Origin: Flectonema sp. DT1601
Lineage: Eukaryota
Assembly (NCBI GenBank): GCA_964019425.1
Contig: OZ025785.1
Coordinates: forward strand, 1 to 64,000
DNA: 64,000 nt
Direction of reading: 5' to 3'
In this document: piece by piece, positions 9,137-18,730 of the stretch
Numbering within the stretch: position 1 is the stretch's first letter
Layout: each line of letters opens with the position of its first letter
The notes under the pieces: model-generated
What the model saw: only the letters and a program-made list of their open reading frames with translations
The model's database searches: none
What the model was told of the DNA's origin: nothing
Made by a program: the position numbers and the translations under genes

Positions 9137-11764
9137 TTAATTAGATTTGAACATCTCACAAGACGTCGTTGGAGTGATTTGGCCAACGTTACCTCCCACC
9201 ACAGAGAATTTACCTTTCTCTCCCAAATAGTATTGCAATTCCAACTTGCCGTCTCTTTTACGCCACACTCGAAGGTTATCAGATGCTGTTACTATAACAT
9301 TGCCATCAGATGAAACAGCGAAAGCGCGTACCTTCTTAGAATGGCCTTCTAATGTGTGTTTTACTACACCCTCAGAAGACACCAAAGTGATCCCTTTTCC
9401 ATCAAAAGCTACAAAGTCATCGTTTCGAAGTCTAATCGGGAGGATGGAATCATAATGCAGAGAACATCCGACGGCTTCACCTGTTCCTGCCTTCCATTGA
9501 AAGACTTTACCATCGGAACTCCCAACAAGAAACTTCCCGCACTCCGAGAATGTGACGGCATCAACACTCTGCTCAGGTATCGTTAACTTATGTTTCAACG
9601 TGTCTGGTGAGAGAAGCAACACGTTCTTCCGAGTGGCACATGCTACGTTCCCTGCTGTGCATGCGATGTCCACAATTTCCCCAACTGAAGAACTGCTCTT
9701 ACTCTTAGGCTGCAAGGTTTCGTTGAGGACTTCCAGTTTGTCTTTAGCTCCAACGAAGATTGACAACGATCCCCCCTCCTGGTAGGCAGCCATACATGAA
9801 TAGGAAATATTATTCCTTGTATCGACTGTGGTCCAATCATCTGTTGAGAATAATTTGATTTCACTTCGTGTCATAGTGACGAGGTACGATGAACAGAGAG
9901 AGACAGAGACGACAGAAGGATCTTCTGAATTACTGCTGGCCCGCAGTCGACGGAGTTGAGCACCAGTTCGAAATTTCCAAATTATGACAAGGCCACCTTC
10001 ACAGCCGCTTGCAAGCAGTTCTGAATAAATTGAAACGTGAGTGACATTCTGCTTGTGCCCTTGGTGGTGTACTGGTAAATAATCATCTTCACGTGTGTTC
10101 CACAATCGAACAGTGCGATCATTGTCGCTGTATCCCGAAGTGGTAATATATTCACCATTACTTGAGTATCTTATTGACATTACTTTACATCCATGTCCAT
10201 GAAGTTTTTTGACGGGCTGCTTCGTTTGCAACCTAATTATTTCAACCTCATTGTCACCTCCCGACGCTACGTAATTCCCACAAGTCGAAAGTGCCAGCCC
10301 ACCGGCTTTCCCTAAAAAGTTCGTCCGCGGTTTGTACTCTTTATCCCAAATGTGAATGGTGAACACACTCGCATTTTCGCTCACCGAAGCAAAACTGATT
10401 TCATTGTTACTAACTCCCATCGGAAGAACTGCAATTTGCTGCGGAATACCAGAATCAATAACAGAATCAGTTATGATGAGTTCCTCATACGAATCCTCTC
10501 TTCGCCTCCATATCACGATTTCTTTACCCTGTGCACAAACTAAGTCACCCGATGAAGTGTATTTTATACTCTTTGCCGTTCCTCCCCTTTTTCTTGGGAT
10601 TCTCTCATGATTTCCCCAAAATAGTTTTTGTTGATCATCCTTGACATCCCACACCATGACAGACGGCTTGCCTCCGTACTTTAGAGCAACTGCCAAGTGC
10701 GCATCATCAGGTGAGAAGACTAGGTCGTTAAGTAAGATATCCCCCTCTTCATGTTTAAGACAATTATACTTCCCTTCTTGGAATGGACTCCAGATAACCA
10801 CTCTCGCAGAATGATTATTAGTACCTGCATGAGAGCAAGTAGCAAGTAGAATGTTTTTATCATCTTTCGCACTGTTACAAGCAATTCCACTTATAAACAA
10901 CGGATGGTACTCACTCAGATTTATCTTCTTAACAACTTTCCCAGTAGCTGATGAGTACAATCCGACATGATTATTGAAAGCGGCGACGATGTATTCGCTG
11001 GATGACGTGAATATCGATTTCACTTTTGCATCAGTCACACTAATCGGAGGTACCCTCATATCAAACGTCGGATTATGAATTTCTGAATAGTCAAAATCGC
11101 AACGCATCATAAGGCACCTCTTGAAGTCACAATTGATGAGAAACGATCCTTCAAAATTCACTTCAACTAAACAACCACCACAAAAACTCACATCCTCCAG
11201 GTGCAGACCGGACAAATCTTCACCAAATAACGTGCAACCTGAAGAGACTAACAACGACAATGCGTTGCTGGCGATGGTACGTTCCTTCTCAACTTCCTTC
11301 TCAACTTTGGATGTCTTAACCAGAGGAAGTAATTTCTTACTCAACTCGTCGTGGTTTCCAATACTTTGTTGAATGAGTTTGTGCTGTTCTAAGATTCCTG
11401 GCTGGGTTTTCGAAAAGCGTAATTTCGACAGCATCTCCCTCAACTCATCTTCACCACATTTGGCAATGTGACTGGCAATTAGATATTCAGCCAACGTTTT
11501 GTGATGAAATCTTACAACACCCATCTCGTAGTACACGGGCAGAAATATCACCAGTCTCTCGAACTCGGCTATCTCTTTGTCGTCTTTGAAATAGTTTGAC
11601 GCCTTTCCTCCCCAGTGCCCCTGTTGCAGCATACGACACGCCAGCATCTCTGCCATGCGTTTCACATCCGCAGATTTTATTAGTTTTTCTTTCTTTTCAT
11701 CTTCCAACTGTTTCTTAATAAATCCATCGATAAACGCTTTGTAAACCGTGGATTTACTTGTCAC
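9137..11764 (-). CDS. Last exon of an NLR-like STAND protein: NACHT-associated helical/winged-helix region, pentapeptide repeats, WD40 propellers
   Basis: RFHHKTLAEYL motif; DLSGLHLEDVSFCGGCLVEVNFEGSFL pentapeptide-like run; WD40 motifs GHGCKV..DRTVRLWN, GHKQNV..IIWK, GHSKKV..LRVW. Acceptor AAACAG|GTG at 11765/11764. Confidence 0.85.
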   Translation of the reverse strand: MTSKSTVYKAFIDGFIKKQLEDEKKEKLIKSADVKRMAEMLACRMLQQGHWGGKASNYFKDDKEIAEFERLVIFLPVYYEMGVVRFHHKTLAEYLIASHIAKCGEDELREMLSKLRFSKTQPGILEQHKLIQQSIGNHDELSKKLLPLVKTSKVEKEVEKERTIASNALSLLVSSGCTLFGEDLSGLHLEDVSFCGGCLVEVNFEGSFLINCDFKRCLMMRCDFDYSEIHNPTFDMRVPPISVTDAKVKSIFTSSSEYIVAAFNNHVGLYSSATGKVVKKINLSEYHPLFISGIACNSAKDDKNILLATCSHAGTNNHSARVVIWSPFQEGKYNCLKHEEGDILLNDLVFSPDDAHLAVALKYGGKPSVMVWDVKDDQQKLFWGNHERIPRKRGGTAKSIKYTSSGDLVCAQGKEIVIWRRREDSYEELIITDSVIDSGIPQQIAVLPMGVSNNEISFASVSENASVFTIHIWDKEYKPRTNFLGKAGGLALSTCGNYVASGGDNEVEIIRLQTKQPVKKLHGHGCKVMSIRYSSNGEYITTSGYSDNDRTVRLWNTREDDYLPVHHQGHKQNVTHVSIYSELLASGCEGGLVIIWKFRTGAQLRRLRASSNSEDPSVVSVSLCSSYLVTMTRSEIKLFSTDDWTTVDTRNNISYSCMAAYQEGGSLSIFVGAKDKLEVLNETLQPKSKSSSSVGEIVDIACTAGNVACATRKNVLLLSPDTLKHKLTIPEQSVDAVTFSECGKFLVGSSDGKVFQWKAGTGEAVGCSLHYDSILPIRLRNDDFVAFDGKGITLVSSEGVVKHTLEGHSKKVRAFAVSSDGNVIVTASDNLRVWRKRDGKLELQYYLGEKGKFSVVGGNVGQITPTTSCEMFKSN

Positions 11765-11841
11765 CTGTTTGTTGATTTTGACTTTAGCTGTAACCTCCTT
11801 GCATTGATCAAAAGAAACCACCAGTATAGAATTACACATAC

Positions 11842-12567
11842 CCCTTCGTGATGAGCCTTGATCGCCATATAGAGGAGCTGTGGGCTGCTCAGCTCATCCC
11901 AAACTCCTCGTTGCTTCAGGTTCTCAACATTTTTCTGATCCACATCTTCGTTGTGCGATATCATTTTTTCTCCAAACTCGTCCTTCTGTTCGGCACTAAA
12001 AGGACGCAGATAGTAAGAATTAGCATTCCTAAGGAGATCTTTCGGAGTGAGTTCTCGTCGGATGAAATTTTCAGTTCTGCTCGTGAGGATAACCCACGAT
12101 TTTGACAACAGCAACGGGTTGAGTTTCAGTAAGTCGGTACCGGAGTCACCGACAACGTTTGCAGTTCCTTCATCAAAGGAATCAAGAACTATAACAACAG
12201 TGTAGGTGAATAGTTGTTTGATATCACAATCAGGTGGAAGCATATGCTTCACGATGTACTTGTCGATAGCATGCGGCTCGAATGCATTTCCGACACTTCC
12301 CATCGACACAAATATTGGGAAGTATTTCTCACTCAATTCTCTAATTAGTTTGACCCCCGCAGAAGTCTTCCCCCCTCCAGCCTCTGACTGCAGTACGAGT
12401 GGGGGTCGGTCGTCACTCTCAAGAAGGTCTTTAATCAATTCAGTTAAGCTGATGTCTTCAATTCTACATAAAGTTGGATCGACGTAACAACATTCGAATT
12501 TTTTAAAAACGAATTCGGCAAGAATAAACCACGCTTGACGCATGTGCTCCAACTGCTCCGATCTAGT
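11842..12567 (-). CDS. NACHT NTPase exon of the NLR-like protein
   Basis: Walker A QSEAGGGKTS (~12390-12361), Walker B VVIVLDSFDE, sensor ILTSR, LRPFS, SPQLL. Donor GGG|GTATGT at 11842/11841 joins in phase 0 to the WD40 exon. The 5' boundary (CCACAG|ACT) is inferred. Confidence 0.8.
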
Positions 12568-12654
12568 CTGTGGTGGTTTACTTTCTTGTCTACCAACTAA
12601 AAAAACCAAAAATAAGGGACTGCAATAATAAACCGAGAAATTTGATGGAAGGTT

Positions 12655-13001
12655 CGGTAAACAATACACTCCTACAAAACATAGAGAACGTTCTAGTGTT
12701 TGATGCTCTTCGAGGAATATTTGTTGCAATTTTCGCAGAAAGCGGGTTTGCTTCATATAAAGATGGTCTGCGATAATAGAGTGAAGCCCATCCACATTCT
12801 CCTCCGTAAACCTTCTCCAGATGATTGATGTAAGAAAAAGTGCTTGAATTGAAGTTACGCATCCTTTGCTAATTCTTCATCACCAGAAACTCATCCAGTT
12901 TAAAAATAATGGCAACTGTCGATTCCCTGTCCTCTGTTTTGAGGAGCCATCAGAGGTTCATGGCGGTAAACAATACACTCCTACAAAACATGGAGAACGT
13001 T
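12655..13001. repeat. 38-bp direct repeat enclosing a ~270-bp insert that carries an inverted LRR-gene 5' fragment
   Basis: cggtaaacaatacactcctacaaaacat(a/g)gagaacgtt at 12655-12692 and 12964-13001. 12844-12965 is the LRR upstream region plus the codons for MATVDSLSSVLRSHQRFMA on the + strand. Confidence 0.85.
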
Positions 13002-13058
13002 TGTATGTATTCCCATAGGCGCAATGTTTCTTGTTTAACATTATTCACAAGCATGTTA

Positions 13059-15023
13059 TTATAAAGAAAAAGTTAAATTACACACCTTAACGAAATTAGT
13101 AATCCGCTCAATGCTTTGCAAAATGATGATGTCATTGGTGCATCCGAAAATTCGCAACGTGCTGGGATTGTACACCCACAAGACTCGGAAGGTGGCATCA
13201 GGCCCGAACAATGACTCTTGCTCACTTTTTCCATAAACGGATAGCGGAGCGATATTCGGAGCAAAACCGAAGACCGCTAACAAACAAGAACGTTCGCTTC
13301 CCATAAAACAGTTCGTGGCATCCACTTTCCGTGAAGTTGAAAAGAAATGATTAAACGACTTTATTTCACCTACTTCGAAATTATTTGCAGAAAATCGGTT
13401 GTCTCCCCTCCACAGTAAGTGGTGCTCTGAAGGAAATCTCTGCAATGCCTTCTGTAAATGATAAATAAGTGGTCTGAGATAGTCGACGTATTTTTTATTT
13501 TCATCATCTGTCTCGTTCAGTGCGAGGCCGTACATTGATTCCTTAATCTTAGAAGCGACGTAAAACTCTTGCGAAGTGTAACAAACGGTAGCGATTAACA
13601 TCTCCAAGGCATCTGCTGGATCGCTGCCTATCAGACTAGCCATCCAAGGCGTAATTTCATTATTCTCCAAGTTTTTCCCAAATGTTGTTATCTTTTTTTG
13701 AATTTGCCTAACTACGTTGGCAAACTGATTTCGTTTCCACTTGAGGGGTGACAAGGGTGAACTGATTCCCTCTTCCTCGTTGGTAAACCATTTTATAATT
13801 TCGTTTTTCTTGGGAACGTAGTCGTCACTGAGAAAGTGATACACCCCACAGTTTGCAAATCTTTCTGAACTACACTGACGTGCACCACCCTCTTCGGGAC
13901 TGTCGTATTCTGGCGCTTTTAGGCTTTTTTTTTCATTCCACTCTTTAATAAGTTTCTTTAAGATTCTGATGTTTTTTCCATACGACTTTAACAGTTCCTT
14001 CAACACCTCTACTGACAACCCTCCTTGAGCTCCGTTGACTAAAGGCGTTTCTTTTGATGAGTTCTCCTGTACTTTTGATTGTTCATCCATGTTTTTAATC
14101 AGTAATTGAGTCATGGCATTGTGACCACACCAACAAGATCCATGAAGACTGTTTGATCCTTCGGGAGTTGTTATTTTCAGGTCGTCCTTTACGGTTTCAG
14201 AGCTCTTAAGCCATTTCTCCATCAAGTCATGATTACCACTTCTGGCAACAATGTAAATCATAGGCCACTTAGACTTCCCAAAACATCTGCCGCTGGGGAT
14301 CTCCATTTTCTTAAAATCTTCCCAGGAAACATATTCAATAAGGGAAGGCATCATTCTGTAACAGGATTTTTGTTCATCGCTCTCATCGTTGTTCAGAACT
14401 ATGTCGAGTGCTCGTGCGCATTTGATTTTTTTATCTTCCTTACTCAGTTTGCTTAGAAGTATCTGAAGACATTCGCAATCACTTTTTTCTAAAGAGTAGA
14501 CCACAGTTGAGACGTTAATCTCACCGCCAATTAGATTCAAAACCGTTTCCATCAACTTCGGGAAGTATCTGACTACGATATTTAATAATTCTTTCATAGT
14601 CTCGCTGTTATCCTTAAACTTATCAATCGCCCCATCATGTCTACCATACTTCGCAATGTGACTGGCAATTAGATATTCAGCCAACGTTTTGTGATGAAAT
14701 CTTACAACACCCATCTCGTAGTACACGGGCAGAAATATCACCAGTCTCTCGAACTGCTCGGCTATCTCTTTGTTGTCTTTGAAAAAACTCGACGCCTTTC
14801 CTTCCCAGTGCCCTTGTTGCAGCATACGACACGCCAGCATCTCTGCCATGCGTTTCACATCCGCAATTTTTTCTGGTTCTTCTTTTTCGTCAGACAGCTG
14901 TTTCTTAAGCTGTTTCTTAATAAACCCGTCGATGAACTCTTCGTAATCTGCGGACGTACTTGTCACCTGTTCGTAACAATACTGGCGCTCCACTAGTTGC
15001 ATAGCATCGAGGTGCTCTGTCAT
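13059..15023 (-). CDS. Ankyrin-repeat + R-S-E-class ADP-ribosyltransferase protein with an N-terminal NACHT-associated helical segment; probably the first exon(s) of the NLR-like gene
   Basis: ART motifs LWRG (~13409), FFSTS (~13340), SEQESLF (~13223). Ankyrin-like IVARSGNHDL, SLHGSCWCGHNAMTQLLI, TPLVNGAQGG. N-terminus is nearly identical to the start of the WD40 exon. Candidate donor AAG|GTGTGT at 13086/13085. Confidence 0.85.
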   Translation of the reverse strand: MTEHLDAMQLVERQYCYEQVTSTSADYEEFIDGFIKKQLKKQLSDEKEEPEKIADVKRMAEMLACRMLQQGHWEGKASSFFKDNKEIAEQFERLVIFLPVYYEMGVVRFHHKTLAEYLIASHIAKYGRHDGAIDKFKDNSETMKELLNIVVRYFPKLMETVLNLIGGEINVSTVVYSLEKSDCECLQILLSKLSKEDKKIKCARALDIVLNNDESDEQKSCYRMMPSLIEYVSWEDFKKMEIPSGRCFGKSKWPMIYIVARSGNHDLMEKWLKSSETVKDDLKITTPEGSNSLHGSCWCGHNAMTQLLIKNMDEQSKVQENSSKETPLVNGAQGGLSVEVLKELLKSYGKNIRILKKLIKEWNEKKSLKAPEYDSPEEGGARQCSSERFANCGVYHFLSDDYVPKKNEIIKWFTNEEEGISSPLSPLKWKRNQFANVVRQIQKKITTFGKNLENNEITPWMASLIGSDPADALEMLIATVCYTSQEFYVASKIKESMYGLALNETDDENKKYVDYLRPLIYHLQKALQRFPSEHHLLWRGDNRFSANNFEVGEIKSFNHFFSTSRKVDATNCFMGSERSCLLAVFGFAPNIAPLSVYGKSEQESLFGPDATFRVLWVYNPSTLRIFGCTNDIIILQSIERITNFVKVCNLTFSL

Positions 15024-15200
15024 TTTGTTTTCCTGTAGAATTATTGTAATACGAATTAAAAGAACGGCAGTCTAAATAGAGCATCGCAGGGCTAATTCTG
15101 GTCCCTACTGGTTTCGCACACATAACGTTATTTACTCCAAGGGCCGGTTAATTAATATACAACTAATTCTGATAGCCAGCTGGTAATAATAAAATGATGG

Positions 15201-16709
15201 TTACGATGACCTCTCACTTATCGAATGACAGATCCAACTGTAGACGACATCACTGCATTCTCTTAATCCTTTGACACTGTTCTTAGTTAGTTTTGTATTC
15301 TCTAAGAAACAATATCCCATCATAGTCAGCCCCCGAAGACCCGAAACATCGATGGAGGTGAGGGACTCACAGTTACTTATAAAGTAATCGCCAACCCTCG
15401 TAACTTCACCCAAGGAAGACAAATCCACGCTAGTCAGAGACTTTGAATTTTTTAAGAACCCAAGTCCTATTGTATTCAGCTTCCGAAAACCGGATACATC
15501 GATAGAGGTCAGGGACTCACAGTTACTAATAAAGTTATTATCAATGCTTCTAACTTCACTCAAGGAAGACAAATCCACGCTAGTCAGACACTTTGAACCA
15601 TGCAAGAACCCATGCCTTATTTTAGTGAGCTTCTGAAAACCGGAAACATCGATGGAGGTGAGTGACTCACAGTTACTCATAAAGTCATCGCCAACACTCG
15701 TTACCTTACTCAGACAGGATAAATCCACGTGAGTCAGAGACTGCAAGTTGTTCAAGAATTCGCAGGGGATGGCCGTCACATTGTGAAAAGAAGTGAAATC
15801 GATTGACGTCAGCGAGTCACAACTGTCTGACAGGAACTCTTGCTCAAATGCAGTGCAACGGCTGCAGTTGGTGAATGACAACCGACGGATAGAAGACGGA
15901 AGCATCTCAATACAATCACTAGAAAGGGTGCCTTCATCGTCGATATATTCTGAGGCATCGAGGACACACAACATGTCGGGATTTAGTCCGAACAAATTGT
16001 CAATTCGAGTACGAAGATGTGAAGTTCTCAACTCCTCCGCAGTCACAACACGTTCATACCGAGGCCATTTGTATGTTCTTTTCACAGTACCCCAGTTGCT
16101 CGAATCTTCCAGCTCACGGAGGATCTGGGCACCCCATGAGGTGTTGTCAAATTGGGATTTGACTTCTTCCTTCGACGAATGGGAGAGTCTCGGCCAGTCC
16201 AGCAACAGGAAGAGTTCCTTCCTGAGTTGGGCTGGGACACCCTCCTCTGTTTCACCCATGCCCAAGTAACCAATTTGAAGTGTGTTGAAATACTCATCCT
16301 CGTTCAGCATCCAAGGGAAGCAGGTGGACGAGAATACATTCCTCAGGTCATCTTCGACCAACTCCAACTTCCCGTCCCCCTTGAGATCAGCTTTAACAAA
16401 CCCGATATCGGCACACTTCATGTCAGGATGCAAGGAAAGGGTTCCCAGTAATCGCGAGCTTCCTTCCACCAACTTCGCCGACTCCTTCTCCCTCGCCACC
16501 CGGTGTACTTCCTTGTACGTCGTCAATTCAGTCGCAGCCTCAGCATCCGTCATTCCAACCATGATCTCCTCCGACGATCTGAGAACTTCTGAAAAGCTGT
16601 CCATCAGCGCCCCCGACTCTTCCTTCCGACTCACCACTTCCACGAGCAGCTTCGCCATGAACCTCTGATGGCTCCTCAAAACAGAGGACAGGGAATCGAC
16701 AGTTGCCAT
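15201..16709 (-). CDS. LRR protein (25-aa alternating repeats, BspA/LRR_5-like), 502 aa, diverged paralog
   Basis: Shared ~270-aa N-terminal region, repeats LTSIDVSGFxKLTxI.xxFL / LTSVDLSSLxEV.x.xxFI, C-terminal cap TKLT..VKGL.ECSDVV. Confidence 0.85.
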   Translation of the reverse strand: MATVDSLSSVLRSHQRFMAKLLVEVVSRKEESGALMDSFSEVLRSSEEIMVGMTDAEAATELTTYKEVHRVAREKESAKLVEGSSRLLGTLSLHPDMKCADIGFVKADLKGDGKLELVEDDLRNVFSSTCFPWMLNEDEYFNTLQIGYLGMGETEEGVPAQLRKELFLLLDWPRLSHSSKEEVKSQFDNTSWGAQILRELEDSSNWGTVKRTYKWPRYERVVTAEELRTSHLRTRIDNLFGLNPDMLCVLDASEYIDDEGTLSSDCIEMLPSSIRRLSFTNCSRCTAFEQEFLSDSCDSLTSIDFTSFHNVTAIPCEFLNNLQSLTHVDLSCLSKVTSVGDDFMSNCESLTSIDVSGFQKLTKIRHGFLHGSKCLTSVDLSSLSEVRSIDNNFISNCESLTSIDVSGFRKLNTIGLGFLKNSKSLTSVDLSSLGEVTRVGDYFISNCESLTSIDVSGLRGLTMMGYCFLENTKLTKNSVKGLRECSDVVYSWICHSISERSS

Positions 16710-17242
16710 TTTCTTAAACTGGATGAGTTTCTGGTGATGAAGAATTAATTCAAAGGATACGTAACTTCAATTCAAGAATGAAGGAAAACTGCTTGTGAGT
16801 CAACTTCCCACTTGTCTGGAAACCACCTGAAGAATATCAGCGTGTGATGAATTAAAACTCCGACTTCGATACCATTGTACGCAAGAGACACCAGGCAGCT
16901 GCAGCACTCGAATTGAATGCTCAACTCAATTTTAATATTTCTTTCTTTGTGTCCCAACTCATATGAAGGCAGCTGTACTGCCCTTGGCTGTTGAAGTAAA
17001 CAAACAATTACACAACTCACAAAAGGGATGAATAACATATCAACGGGAAGCTGTGTCCTGACTTCACTAAATGAATACATTTTGTTTTCTACTGTTGTAG
17101 TGATTCTCAAAGGGAAACCCATGCTGAGTGCAGGATTTCAGGTCTTTTAGAGGATGAAGCAGCGAGTCCTTTAAAATCATTCCAACGACATCACTGCAAT
17201 CTTCCAATCCCTTGAAATCTTTCTCAGTCAGTTTTGTATGAC

Positions 17243-18383
17243 TACTAAGATGATGAAAGTGGATGAACCAAACTAAAGTGTTGGATGTGATATTACAACA
17301 ATCGGACAACAAATTAAATAAGCAGATGGATCCTTTGATTCGACTTAGTCAGTTTCGATAAAATTATTTTCCCCCAAAATTCACACCAAAATTACAGCAA
17401 TCTTGATAAAACCCAAAAATTAAAATCGTACACCGCGAACAAAGTGATTTGATACAGAAATAGACAAAAAGTAATATATTCTATTCTGTTGGTTTTATTT
17501 ATTTTATTTGTTCATGTTTTTTGTAATAAAGAGAATAATCGAACCTGTCCATTAAACCTTGCCCCATAGATACGGCTGCGAGTCTTGAAGAATATCATGA
17601 GGAGCTTTGTTCATCTTCATAACGGCTCGTTGCAGAAATTTCAATTCGTGAGACCCTGAGAAGGGATCTTTATCCTTTATGTACTGTCCTTGGCTGTTGA
17701 AGTAAATAAACAATTACACAACTTACTAGAGGATGAATCATAGATCAATTACATAAAGAATATAATTGAGCCTTTGATGTTATTCAGTAATTCCTGAGGG
17801 GTGAGGTATAATAAGGGTTAAAGAATCACTTGCATAAAGCTAGGCGCTGTTAGTCAGAAATCAGAAAACTCTTTACAAACACACACAAAATGTTGTTACT
17901 TTTTCAGTAGCATCCCTAATTAGAAAAACCACATACATATTCGGTTAAATCTGTTACTATGCCAGCCAGACAACAGCCAGGATATTAATTTCTCACACAG
18001 TCGCATCCGCAGCGTGGTACCGCAACAAGGAGCACACACTGCACGTTAAATGTCTACCCCGAATAAGAAAATAAAAGAGAAAAACTGTCGCGGGATTGTC
18101 ATGTACGGTGACTAACAGCCGCGCAGTTGCCTGGAGAGGTAAGCAAAGTTAAATATCGGTCCAGGCTAAGGTTGCAGTGAAACTACTGTGCCGGTGTAAG
18201 GATCGGCTTTCTGAGCGTTTGTGGGGACCCACTCGACATCGGTTGGACACATTGATGTCATCCAACACCTTCCTCATCACTTTGATTGTTCGATGGAATT
18301 GATTCTTAATTTCCTCCTCCTCGTCAATGATATGCGAGCTTTCAACAGATTGACAGATGAACAGCAGCTGACAAAACTATTGA
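17243..18383. repeat. Mosaic intergenic block duplicated in pieces at ~20923-22074
   Basis: Direct matches: ~17243-17349 with ~20923-21029, ~17620-17830 with ~21041-21250, ~18000-18219 with ~21251-21470, ~18239-18384 with ~21921-22074. Confidence 0.8.
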
Positions 18384-18730
18384 AAATCAAAATGCCAATT
18401 GACAACAATAATAATCACAAGTACCATGACTAATAACAATCAGCTACCTTCTGATTTCCACAGTTAGAGGTTACGGTATATTTTATGGAGTAGAATTTCT
18501 TTCAAATGTTATCAGAAGTTGATGACATACTTTAAGCCAAAATTTTGGGTCAAGTTCGAGTTCTGGTGGACAACTTTTTTTTGTAGGGAGTTGGCGTTTT
18601 CGCAAACTATTTTTGTAGAATAGAAGAGGTGTTCCCATAATAACAAAAAGAATCGTCAAACTCCACACGTACCTCAGAATTTTTGTTTTGATTGTGCGCA
18701 ACTGGTACAAAATCCTAATAAAGGAATAGG

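Noticed and set aside
11761..11848. Apparent frameshift or pseudogenisation between the NACHT and WD40 ORFs
   Set aside because: Explained by a canonical in-phase 77-nt intron.
12568..12795. N-terminal 76 aa of the 344-aa ORF as real coding sequence
   Set aside because: Overlaps the duplicated insert and T-rich sequence; more likely intronic.
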